Shown piece by piece: positions 27,643-35,815 of a DNA stretch of 37,606 nucleotides (position 1 is its first letter; the number at the start of each line of letters is the position of its first letter). The DNA lies in NCBI GenBank assembly GCA_019428825.1, contig JAHYJU010000003.1, forward strand, positions 1 to 37,606. Direction: 5' to 3'. This DNA comes from Patescibacteria group bacterium (lineage in GTDB: Bacteria > Patescibacteriota > WWE3 > UBA101185 > UBA10185). Made by a program: the position numbers and the translations under genes. The notes beneath the pieces are model-generated. The model was given only the letters and a program-made list of their open reading frames with translations. It was not told the DNA's origin and made no database searches.

Positions 27643-28383
27643 TTACTTTCTTTTCTTAAATCCTACTGCGGACATTAAAAATCCAAATAATCCTACGATC
27701 AAATTCCCTGCTCCTGTTTCAGGTAGCTCAGTAATAGCAGCAAGCTCTTTTTCTGCAGCTTTTGCTTTTACTTCGGGAGCTAGTTCTTCAAAATATTCAT
27801 CTTCTTCCTCTTCCTCGTCCTCTTCAATATTCTCTACTTCATCGTTAGTGCTTTCCTCAGTTTCAATTACCGGATCTTCTATTATTTCTTCATTTTCTTC
27901 TTCAATTACATCCATAGTAATTATCTCTTCCTGTTTTTCCTCAACAGGTTCCTGCTCAATTATTTCTTCCTTGGGGTCTTCTTTAGGTGTCTCGATTATA
28001 GGGTCAGATGATTTTACGGAATTATATATATCTATGTGACTAACTTCTTTACAGGAATCCCCATCTTTTAACCTTGTTACAGAGATGTTGTCGGTTCCAA
28101 CACCTTTTACCTCGTAACAACCGTTTTCATATATACCGTTAGAAAGAACATCGCTGTGACCATCTCCAAACATGTCGTTTCCGGCTTTTATACAAATGCC
28201 GGTGATAATTGTTTTATCATAAGTCTTATAGTAAGCATTACCTTCTGTATTAGAAATCACGGATAGTTGTGCATCAGCACATTCCCCGTTTCTACCACCA
28301 AAGGCATAAACTTTATTACTGAGAGAAAAAACTATAGAAACAAGAGAAATCGATAATATTAGATTAAAAATATATTTATTCAT
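27643..28383 (-). CDS. Secreted protein with an acidic linker and C-terminal LPXTG-type anchor
   Basis: Signal peptide (...KVYA), Cys-containing N-domain, Glu-rich stalk, LPETG plus hydrophobic segment plus KKRK. Confidence 0.8.
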   Translation of the reverse strand: MNKYIFNLILSISLVSIVFSLSNKVYAFGGRNGECADAQLSVISNTEGNAYYKTYDKTIITGICIKAGNDMFGDGHSDVLSNGIYENGCYEVKGVGTDNISVTRLKDGDSCKEVSHIDIYNSVKSSDPIIETPKEDPKEEIIEQEPVEEKQEEIITMDVIEEENEEIIEDPVIETEESTNDEVENIEEDEEEEEDEYFEELAPEVKAKAAEKELAAITELPETGAGNLIVGLFGFLMSAVGFKKRK

Positions 28384-28416
28384 TAGTACTCCTCCTTTTT
28401 AAATTTTTACTCTTAT

Positions 28417-28445
28417 ATTATATCCTATAGTAAAGGATTTGTCAA
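28417..28445 (-). promoter_or_regulatory. Consensus sigma70 promoter
   Basis: TTGACA-17-TATAAT, followed by SD AAGGAGG. Confidence 0.8.
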
Positions 28446-28542
28446 TGTGGGGGGACGTAAAATTTTTGAAAAATGGGTATGAAATGATACCTAAGATTAT
28501 TTTATTGATGTCTTGTTTATTAATCTAGTATATAATTTTTGT

Positions 28543-29721
28543 ATGAGTGAAATACCAAATACACAAGAAATTACTGAACCTGTTGATAAGCCTGTATTGG
28601 CAGAAAAAGTTTACAGAGAACTAATTGATAATAAAGATAAAGGAGGGGAACTTTTATCTAAGATAAAGTGGTCTTTAAGTTTGCAAAAAAATCCTGATGT
28701 TCCCGACAGTGATGAGAGGAGACTCTCCAAGTTGGAGGGAAATCTTCGAGGTGCTGTTGCTGAGGAAGTTAGTAATTTATTAGGAATCGATAATTGCGAA
28801 ACAGTATTTATATCAGGTAACGTTTCTTTGGGTAAATGCTCTATATTATCCCCGCATGAATTTGTTGGTTCTGAGAAGAATACCAAGGCTAGTGTTATAT
28901 ATACAGCTTTGATAAAAGCTTTGGATTTAAAGCCTATTGAAATATTCGGGAAAGATATGAGTGATAGCGAAATTGTTTCCGAGTTCAAGGAGTCCCGAAA
29001 AGGTAAGGGGTACCTACCTAAGGAGAAATATGGTGAATTACTTAGATCCTATTTAGATCAGAAAAGAAAAGAGATTAAGGGGGGAGTAGGGGTCGATAGG
29101 AAAATAGAAGAAGAGTTGAGAGAGGATTATAGGTCGGTACCAAGAGGAGCTCCGGATGAGTATAGTACTTTAACTAGCGAAGCTTTTAATAAAACCGTCA
29201 TACCTGATGGTTTTCTTGTAAGAGAGGGTTCTCCAGTTGGGTTATTGGAAGTAAAGGCTTATGAACCGGATGAATTAGCTACTTTAATGCAAAAAATTAA
29301 GGAAACAGGCAAGCTTGGTACCCAATACAGAGGATTTGCCTCAGATTTTGGAAAAAATTATCTCGGAGCTGATAAAGATAAATTTGTTATGGGAGCGGAC
29401 TTCAATAAAGAGACAGAGTTTGTAGATTTTATTCGAGGGGTTTTAAATGGAGAGCCTAATAAAAATGAAGAGAATATTTTGGTTTTGAGGTTTCCGAATG
29501 ATATCCCTGATAACTTACTAAACCAATTTGGACAGATGATAGTTGATTATGGATATCCTAATGTGTTAATACAAAAATTACCCTTGTCTAACCAAGAACT
29601 TACAGTAATATCTAAAGAGATAGTTAATGCTAGTTATTCTTATATTCTTTTACAACTTGGAAAGGATAGAAAATTCTCTAATAAGGAGATTGACGTTTTG
29701 GATGGATTTAGGAAAAGTTAA
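28543..29721 (+). CDS. Hypothetical protein with a PD-(D/E)XK nuclease-like motif
   Basis: IPDGFLV...GLLEVKAY; ATG 28543 follows TATAAT. Confidence 0.6.
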   Translation: MSEIPNTQEITEPVDKPVLAEKVYRELIDNKDKGGELLSKIKWSLSLQKNPDVPDSDERRLSKLEGNLRGAVAEEVSNLLGIDNCETVFISGNVSLGKCSILSPHEFVGSEKNTKASVIYTALIKALDLKPIEIFGKDMSDSEIVSEFKESRKGKGYLPKEKYGELLRSYLDQKRKEIKGGVGVDRKIEEELREDYRSVPRGAPDEYSTLTSEAFNKTVIPDGFLVREGSPVGLLEVKAYEPDELATLMQKIKETGKLGTQYRGFASDFGKNYLGADKDKFVMGADFNKETEFVDFIRGVLNGEPNKNEENILVLRFPNDIPDNLLNQFGQMIVDYGYPNVLIQKLPLSNQELTVISKEIVNASYSYILLQLGKDRKFSNKEIDVLDGFRKS

Positions 29722-29831
29722 GTATTTTAATGAAATTTAATATTAATATCTACCCAGAAGACTTATCAATCTCGTATCATAATGAATAGCGGCCCTAAAG
29801 TTTATTAAAATTTGACTTTAAGGCCATTTAT

Positions 29832-30131
29832 TTATAATTCTTCAGAAATAGTTATGGAGCCAATATCTCTTATAAATTGCTTAGAATTTTCTTTATACCT
29901 CTTGTATGTACTACTAAACATTCCTAATTTTGGATTTTCCTCGGTGGATAATCCTTGTCTAAAGATATATTTGCATAAACCGAAACCGCAAACAATTGCA
30001 AATCCTTCAGAATTTGGTAAAGGTTCTAAACCAAGAACAAGGGTAACCACGGAAGTTTTAGAAGTGGTAACCTTATAAGCTTTTCCAATTTCTAAAAAAT
30101 TTACTGCATCGCCGTATGTAATAATTTCCAC
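29832..30131 (-). CDS. Hypothetical protein, 99 aa
   Basis: GTG start with SD AGGAG, its own promoter, and a hairpin (GGCCTTAAAGT/ACTTTAGGGCC) downstream. Confidence 0.6.
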   Translation of the reverse strand: MEIITYGDAVNFLEIGKAYKVTTSKTSVVTLVLGLEPLPNSEGFAIVCGFGLCKYIFRQGLSTEENPKLGMFSSTYKRYKENSKQFIRDIGSITISEEL

Positions 30132-30180
30132 TTTTCTCCTATCTGATAATGTATCTCTCCAGGTTAATTCAATTAAAGCG

Positions 30181-30209
30181 ATTGTATATAAGGGTATAAT
30201 TTATGTCAA
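30181..30209 (-). promoter_or_regulatory. Sigma70 promoter
   Basis: TTGACA-17-TACAAT. Confidence 0.7.
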
Positions 30210-30218
30210 ATATGTATA

Positions 30219-30710
30219 TTAGAATCCTCTGTAGTCCCTACTTTTCTCATATGGTTTTAACCTATCACTATGTTTTTCGTTATAGAAATTTTTCATAGGG
30301 CCTCTTCTTGACCATATTTCATTCAAGCCTAATACATTAATGATTTGTGCGGATAAAAAGATTGCAGTTAACAGAGTTATGATTATTAAGATAAAGTTCT
30401 TTTTATATGAAAAATCGTATTTTTTTAGTAACCATATTCCCACTAAGAAAAGCCCAAGAGCTACAATAGGTATCCAGATTGGGAATGATTGTAGCATCAT
30501 GTATATTCGTCCTGTTCCCGGTCCCCGTTTTCTGATTAAAAATAATGTTAAGTTGGTAAAAAAGATAGCTCCTATAATAGAACCTGTTAAACCGATGTAA
30601 GAAAGTATAGAACCCAATACAAAGTACCACTTTGGTTTCATTTTGACTTCGCCGGATAATATTTTATCCATTATTTTATTTTCTATGTTTACTTTATTTT
30701 TTCTTTGCAT
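30219..30710 (-). CDS. Membrane protein with 3 TM segments, candidate anti-sigma factor
   Basis: Overlaps the end of the ECF sigma gene; soluble N-terminus followed by three hydrophobic segments. Confidence 0.7.
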   Translation of the reverse strand: MQRKNKVNIENKIMDKILSGEVKMKPKWYFVLGSILSYIGLTGSIIGAIFFTNLTLFLIRKRGPGTGRIYMMLQSFPIWIPIVALGLFLVGIWLLKKYDFSYKKNFILIIITLLTAIFLSAQIINVLGLNEIWSRRGPMKNFYNEKHSDRLKPYEKSRDYRGF

Positions 30711-31243
30711 ATTTTTTTTAAAATAATTTTTGCCCTTTTTATTCTAATTGAAACTGTACCTACAGGAATTCTTAAAATGTCACCTATTTCTTTGTAGGAT
30801 TTATCTTCTAAATAATAAAGAGATAGAGGTTCTCTGTAAATTAAATCCATATTTTTCAAACATTCGCGAGTATTTGATATAAGCTCTTTCTTTATGTATT
30901 CATCTTCAATATCTTCCCCACTTTCAAAATCAATATTCGGATCTATATTTACAGTCTTTTTATCCTTACTAATTAAATTAATAGATTCGTTATGTACTAT
31001 CCTATAAATCCAGTTAGAAAAGTTCTTTTTTAGGTCAAAGCTGTTCAGATTTATGTAAGATTTTATTAAAGATTGTTGTACTGCATCACTTGCCTTGTCG
31101 TAATCACCAATTAAATATTCCGCATATCTAATTAACTTATCTTGGTATCTTCTAACGATATATGCATATATTTCTTTATTATTATTTCTAACAATTTCGA
31201 CAATTTCTTCGTCTGTTTTTAATTTAATTTCACTATCTTTCAT
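30689..31243 (-). CDS. ECF RNA polymerase sigma factor
   Basis: DAVQQ, FSNWIYRIVHN and SYKEIGDILRIPVGTVSIRIKRAK (regions 2 and 4). Confidence 0.93.
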   Translation of the reverse strand: MKDSEIKLKTDEEIVEIVRNNNKEIYAYIVRRYQDKLIRYAEYLIGDYDKASDAVQQSLIKSYINLNSFDLKKNFSNWIYRIVHNESINLISKDKKTVNIDPNIDFESGEDIEDEYIKKELISNTRECLKNMDLIYREPLSLYYLEDKSYKEIGDILRIPVGTVSIRIKRAKIILKKICKEKIK

Positions 31244-31250
31244 AAAGCAC

Positions 31251-31310
31251 CCATAATTTTACACTATGCCTAATCTGAATATTTGAATAGACATAGTGTA
31301 ATTTTTATGG
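31251..31310. terminator. Long intergenic hairpin (partial terminator or stabiliser)
   Basis: CCATAA..TTACACTATG / CATAGTGTAA..TTATGG inverted repeat. Confidence 0.5.
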
Positions 31311-31312
31311 AA

Positions 31313-31693
31313 TTATTTGGAATTTCTGCCAAAACCTCCGCCCATTCTTCTACCCGAACCGGTACCGTTACGAAGACCTAAACCTAGCTCCTCTCTTATT
31401 TGTTGTGCTTCCTCTGTTTTACCTTCTAAAGAGAGTCTGTGTGCTTCGCCAAATTTGGAAAAATTTTCCTCATTTATTACCTCTGTGACTCTTCCCTTAC
31501 CGTTCATAAGCTCTTTCCATGATTGATAATCATTGTTATCAAAAGCAGCTACCATTTTCTCGTGTCTTTCTTCTGTGCAGTCAGGGCCTTTAACTGATGC
31601 GTCTCCTCTGTATGCAAGAACTTTTGAAGGAACAATAAAAATAGCTCCTAATAAAAGACCTGCGGAACCCAGTACTATTAATTTTTTATTCAT
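31313..31693 (-). CDS. Secreted small helical protein with a Gly-rich tail
   Basis: Signal peptide (...KVLA), SD AAGGAGGTGA, first gene of the ECF operon. Confidence 0.8.
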   Translation of the reverse strand: MNKKLIVLGSAGLLLGAIFIVPSKVLAYRGDASVKGPDCTEERHEKMVAAFDNNDYQSWKELMNGKGRVTEVINEENFSKFGEAHRLSLEGKTEEAQQIREELGLGLRNGTGSGRRMGGGFGRNSK

Positions 31694-31733
31694 TTAAAAT
31701 CACCTCCTTAATTATTAACACTTACATATCTAA

Positions 31734-31760
31734 TACAATCTGAGGTTGGGTTTTGTTTCA
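31734..31760 (-). promoter_or_regulatory. Putative ECF-type promoter
   Basis: TGAAAC-17-TGTA, resembling SigW/SigX-class promoters. Confidence 0.5.
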
Positions 31761-31863
31761 TATGAAAATTTTTCTAGGGTAATTAAAGGTTGTTAGTTAC
31801 TTTATTTGCAGGTAGGTGTGGTTTATTTGTGAGAGTTCGCAAAAGGTTGGCAAGTTGTGTGGA

Positions 31864-32250
31864 CTATTTACGAACCGAGTATTTTTTGAATACTGATGTA
31901 ATTTTTTTCAGATCCGCTTTTTTGTCAGCAATATCTAATCCTAGTTTTATCAATTTCTTTTGAGATATAGTAACTTTGTATCCGTTTAGTTCCAAAAAAG
32001 TCAGTGCTGCGTGTAATCCAGTTCTTTTGTTCCCATCTACAAAAGGATGGTTTCTAGTAATAGAATAAGTTAGAACAGCAGCTTTTTCATGAACAGATTT
32101 GTACATGTCTTTACCGGAAATGTTTGTAATGGGTCTATTGGCAGCTGATTCAAGGAGCGGGAGGTTTAGTACTCCTTTTGATCCTCCAAAACGTTGTATT
32201 TGATAATCGTGAAGAGCAAGAATTTCTTCAACACTTAGGTATCTCATCAT
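31864..32250 (-). CDS. doc: Doc (death-on-curing, Fic family) toxin
   Basis: NHPFVDGNKRTG Fic/Doc motif and LESAANRP. Confidence 0.92.
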   Translation of the reverse strand: MMRYLSVEEILALHDYQIQRFGGSKGVLNLPLLESAANRPITNISGKDMYKSVHEKAAVLTYSITRNHPFVDGNKRTGLHAALTFLELNGYKVTISQKKLIKLGLDIADKKADLKKITSVFKKYSVRK

Positions 32251-32480
32251 TTTGCCAATTCTCTAAATGCCTCTTGATACCTATCTGCTAATGAATCGGC
32301 AATTTTAAGAAACTCGGGTGAAATGTTACCTGAATTTTCTTTTTCTATTAAAAGTTTATCTTGTACTTGTTCTACAAATACCTCGGTTCCAACACCGATA
32401 TTTAATTTTTCCAGTATCTGACTTGGGATTATAATTCCTACCGAATTACCTATTTTTTTTAGTTTTTGAGTATATTTCAT
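32247..32480 (-). CDS. AbrB/MazE-type antitoxin
   Basis: KLKKIGNSVGIIIP; C-terminal YQEAFRELAK; overlaps doc by 4 nt. Confidence 0.9.
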   Translation of the reverse strand: MKYTQKLKKIGNSVGIIIPSQILEKLNIGVGTEVFVEQVQDKLLIEKENSGNISPEFLKIADSLADRYQEAFRELAK

Positions 32481-32481
32481 A

Positions 32482-32500
32482 GTTATAACATGTTATAACA
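32482..32500. promoter_or_regulatory. Tandem palindromic operator of the TA operon
   Basis: GTTATAAC and TGTTATAACA palindromes directly before the antitoxin ATG. Confidence 0.6.
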
Positions 32501-32658
32501 TTATGTAATTTTGTCAAGAATTTGATGGGGGCACTTGTGATTATGTGCAATCCGATAAGGCTCTTCAATTTACCCTTCAAAAGATAAGTTAAATTTTTAT
32601 TACAATGTCTAAAACATTACCACGTTATTTCAGAATTTCTATTTTTGTAAAATTTCTA

Positions 32659-32799
32659 TCAAAGTCCAAATAATCTAACGATCAAGATTATTACGGCAAT
32701 AACGATTAGTATGTGAATCAACTCACCTCCAATATGAAAAGAGAATCCTCCTAGCCATGCGATTACTAATATTATTATTATAATATCTAACAAACCCAT
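32659..32799 (-). CDS. lmo0937/DUF5670-like small membrane protein, 46 aa (MGLLDIIIIILVIAWLGGFSFHIGGELIHILIVIAVIILIVRLFGL)
   Basis: Translated by hand; SD AGGAGGTGA; W-LG...GG-LIH-L pattern. Confidence 0.8.
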   Translation of the reverse strand: MGLLDIIIIILVIAWLGGFSFHIGGELIHILIVIAVIILIVRLFGL

Positions 32800-32867
32800 A
32801 CTTAATCACCTCCTAAGTTCCTACAACTATTTAAATTAAAACCAATACTCTCTCAATCTATCTATTT

Positions 32868-33281
32868 TTATTGCTGTTCCTTAGAAAATATTCTTACTAG
32901 CTTAACAAGTCCCCAGGCTAAGAGTGCGTATACTATCATTGCTACAAGTGTTGCCGGCTCAAGAACTGAGGTTGTTTCTATACCTTGGGACACGGAACTT
33001 TGGAATATTCCTTCAAAAGGAATTATGAACAACCCTGTTAATCCGTAAATAAAGCTCACAAAAGCACTCGATATACTAGCTCCCATCAACTTTAGAACAA
33101 GACGAAAAGCCAATAGAATTTCTACAGCCCCAAGTATGTAGTAAACCAAATATTCACTCGTTTGTGATTTAGTTGCCGATGTCTGGACTTGAGTCGTCAT
33201 AATCGGATCGTCACTATTATTTGAATTAGTTAACACACTATCATCTTCAGTAACTATCGTTTCTTTTAATATTTCTGCCAT
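32868..33281 (-). CDS. YggT-like membrane protein
   Basis: EILLAFRLVLKLMGA...FIYGLT...PFEGIF...ATLVAMIVY pattern. Confidence 0.75.
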   Translation of the reverse strand: MAEILKETIVTEDDSVLTNSNNSDDPIMTTQVQTSATKSQTSEYLVYYILGAVEILLAFRLVLKLMGASISSAFVSFIYGLTGLFIIPFEGIFQSSVSQGIETTSVLEPATLVAMIVYALLAWGLVKLVRIFSKEQQ

Positions 33282-33325
33282 ATTTTCTCACCTACTTTCA
33301 ATTTTTAATTTATTACAAGTTATTT

Positions 33326-33580
33326 TTACTTACGTACAAGATGTACTAAGAAAATAACCACAATTGCTCCAATTATTGCTACAATCAGGCTATAAAGATT
33401 AAATCCGGTAACACCCGATTTTCCTAACAGATCCATTAAGAAACCTCCTACCACTGCTCCAACTATTCCCAAAATAATATCCGTGAGGGTTCCTTGTTCG
33501 GAATTGGTTTTCATTATTATTGATGCAATCCATCCGACCAATGCTCCAAAAACTATCCAAAGTAATATACCCATATTCAT
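33326..33580 (-). CDS. GlsB/YeaQ/YmgE family stress membrane protein
   Basis: WIVFGALVGWIASIIM...IILGIVGAVVGG...SLIVAIIGA; the start may be ATG 33574. Confidence 0.88.
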   Translation of the reverse strand: MNMGILLWIVFGALVGWIASIIMKTNSEQGTLTDIILGIVGAVVGGFLMDLLGKSGVTGFNLYSLIVAIIGAIVVIFLVHLVRK

Positions 33581-33611
33581 TCACCTACTTTCACGTTCTA
33601 AATTTTTATTT

Positions 33612-33683
33612 CTAAATCGAAATAATTACTGCCGTAATAGTTCCTAACAAAGCCCCAATTGTAGCCCAAAGTACTATATACAT
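33612..33683 (-). CDS. 23-aa single-TM peptide or truncated GlsB-like copy (MYIVLWATIGALLGTITAVIISI)
   Basis: SD GAGGTGA; resembles the first helix of the adjacent GlsB-family gene. Confidence 0.45.
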   Translation of the reverse strand: MYIVLWATIGALLGTITAVIISI

Positions 33684-33773
33684 ATTTATTCACCTCATTA
33701 CAAAAATTAATTAACTCTTGATCAGCAGTTTTAGTTTCTAACAAACTCTAACTCAGCCTTTATTCTGAAAACT

Positions 33774-34013
33774 TTATTCTGATGGAATATCCTCAGGCTG
33801 GGTATCAGGAATAACTACTTCCGGAGATTCCACATTAATTTCAGGAGTAGGCACGTTGATCTCAACCGGCTTCATATTTTTTATTGCCGGAATAGCAAAG
33901 TACAAAATAACTCCGAGAAATATAACTATAATTACAACACCTACTAGAAAGCCACTCCCTCCTCTATCCCCGTCTTCCTTTACAGGTGCTGGGTTGTTTA
34001 CCACTGTTGTCAT
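33774..34013 (-). CDS. Small single-TM protein with a Pro/acidic tail
   Basis: Extended SD TGAAAGTGGGTGA; one hydrophobic segment. Confidence 0.75.
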   Translation of the reverse strand: MTTVVNNPAPVKEDGDRGGSGFLVGVVIIVIFLGVILYFAIPAIKNMKPVEINVPTPEINVESPEVVIPDTQPEDIPSE

Positions 34014-34110
34014 ATATTATTCACCCACTTTCAGGTTCCTAAAATAATTACGTATTAAATTTTATAAATTGGTTAAAATAAACTAATCTAAAGGGTTAAG
34101 GAGTTATTTT

Positions 34111-34290
34111 TCAGCCTAACTTTTTAATTATCTTTTTTATGATAGTTTTCTCAGGTAGATATTTTACTAATGCTTGTTCGACAAGAGATGTCAGAGTTAT
34201 TTCCTCAACAACCGACTGAGCTTTTGCTTGTTTAGCTATAGAGGGATCAATGAATAAGGTAATTCGTTGTTTTTTAATTTGATTTGTCAT
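34111..34290 (-). CDS. Ribbon-helix-helix-like DNA-binding protein, 59 aa (MTNQIKKQRITLFIDPSIAKQAKAQSVVEEITLTSLVEQALVKYLPEKTIIKKIIKKLG)
   Basis: Translated by hand; beta strand RITLFID, then helix, then TLTSLVEQAL helix. Confidence 0.7.
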   Translation of the reverse strand: MTNQIKKQRITLFIDPSIAKQAKAQSVVEEITLTSLVEQALVKYLPEKTIIKKIIKKLG

Positions 34291-34313
34291 ACTTCATATA
34301 CTACACTTATTGT

Positions 34314-34337
34314 AGTGGTTGTCGATAGACAACCACT
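34314..34337. promoter_or_regulatory. Perfect 10-bp inverted repeat, candidate operator
   Basis: AGTGGTTGTC-GATA-GACAACCACT overlapping a TCGACA-16-TAGTAT promoter candidate of the RHH gene. Confidence 0.6.
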
Positions 34338-34408
34338 TTAACTATATGAAATATCGTTGAGTATATCTGAATGATTTTGAAAAAGAATGGAATGGATGTA
34401 TAGAAAAT

Positions 34409-34439
34409 GTGGTGGGCCATTTGTGAAGAAGTGAGAACC
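34409..34439 (+). repeat. 31-bp att-like direct repeat, copy 1
   Basis: GTGGTGGGCCATTTGTGAAGAAGTGAGAACC, 28/31 identical to 37375-37405. Confidence 0.85.
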
Positions 34440-34492
34440 ATTTTTGAATAAATTTTAAATTATTTTGTTCTTAAATATGATATTATGTAAAA

Positions 34493-35785
34493 ATGATTAT
34501 CCTCAATGATTTCAACGTAAAAAGGGAGAGTATAAAGCTTCCAAATGGTTGCAATTTAACCCTTTTCAAACGTTCTAATACGCCAGTATATATGATGTTT
34601 TCACTAATTATTGGATCGAGATTCGACCCGGTAGGTAAGGAAGGATTGGCACATTTTTTTGAGCACATGCTTGTCGCCGGTACAAAAAATTTTTCAACAA
34701 AAGATCTTTTAGCAGGATATTTAGAGGATTTAGGGGGTTCAGTGGGAGCTTCTACAGATGTAGATATTTTAAAAATAAGACTTTCTCTTGGAGATCCAAA
34801 AGATATTGAGTCCGGGGTGTATCTTTTATCGGAAATACTTTTTAACTCGCTATTCGATGACAACACTATTGAGAATGAAAGAAAAGCAATATTAAGGGAA
34901 TTAGAGTCTAGTAATGCAAACCCCGCAAAAACAATATATGAGGTAAAAAGAAGATTGTTTTATCAAGATACCGAGGTGGGGAGATCTACACTTGGGACAG
35001 TTGAAAGCATAAATAATATTAATAAATCCGATCTACTAGACTATTTTAATAATAAAATTACAGCTTCATTATCCGATATAACTATCTCTGGGGATCTAGA
35101 TATTAATGAAATAAAGCCACTTTTTGAAAAGTATCTTTCGTTAGAAGAAGGAATCAAGCCTTTGTTTGAAGATAAATTACCAATAATTAGAAATAAACTT
35201 ACTGATTTCGAATATTTTGATAATGAGAGTATGGAGACGTTGTTGGGTTTTAGAACAGAAAATATTTTACACGAAGATACTAAGGCTCTAGATGTTCTTA
35301 CGAGTATTTTAACAGGAGGTAGAACCGGGTTGTTAATAAAAAAATTAAGGTATGAGAAGGGGTTGGTTTATTCTGTTAGATCTCGCAATGAATCTTCGTT
35401 TAATTTCGGAAGTACCTACATAAGTTGCCCGATATCTAAAGATAAAATACAAGAGGTGTTGGATACTATTTGTTTGGAGTTAAGAAGGATCTCAGAAAAG
35501 GGCCCTACCTTGGAAGAATTGCAGCTAGTTAAAAATAGGATTTTAAAATCTATTAATATTCGTATGCAAACCTCAGAGGCTTGGGTCTGGTTTCATTATT
35601 ATGAAAATCTATTTTTCCCTGAAGAAATTTGGACCATTGAGGATTATTTAAGTTCTATTGAAAAAACCTCAGCCGAGGATATTAAAAGGGTGGCAGAAAA
35701 ATATTTTACAAATGATAACTGGTACCTAGCTTTTGCAGGGCCTGTAGATGAATCCTTTATTGATAATATAAAAGTATCTTTGTAA
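34493..35785 (+). CDS. M16 family zinc peptidase, second paralog
   Basis: FDPVGKEGLAHFFEH and LRYEKGLVY. Confidence 0.92.
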   Translation: MIILNDFNVKRESIKLPNGCNLTLFKRSNTPVYMMFSLIIGSRFDPVGKEGLAHFFEHMLVAGTKNFSTKDLLAGYLEDLGGSVGASTDVDILKIRLSLGDPKDIESGVYLLSEILFNSLFDDNTIENERKAILRELESSNANPAKTIYEVKRRLFYQDTEVGRSTLGTVESINNINKSDLLDYFNNKITASLSDITISGDLDINEIKPLFEKYLSLEEGIKPLFEDKLPIIRNKLTDFEYFDNESMETLLGFRTENILHEDTKALDVLTSILTGGRTGLLIKKLRYEKGLVYSVRSRNESSFNFGSTYISCPISKDKIQEVLDTICLELRRISEKGPTLEELQLVKNRILKSINIRMQTSEAWVWFHYYENLFFPEEIWTIEDYLSSIEKTSAEDIKRVAEKYFTNDNWYLAFAGPVDESFIDNIKVSL

Positions 35786-35815
35786 GCTTAGATATTTGAT
35801 TTAAATTGAAACGTC

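Noticed and set aside
27790-27990. Low-complexity TTC/CTC-rich tract
   Set aside because: Explained by the Glu-rich stalk of the LPETG protein.
33288-34033. TGAAAGT[A/G]GGTGA as a transcription-factor site
   Set aside because: Its position just before start codons and similarity to AGAAAGGAGGTGA indicate an extended Shine-Dalgarno sequence.
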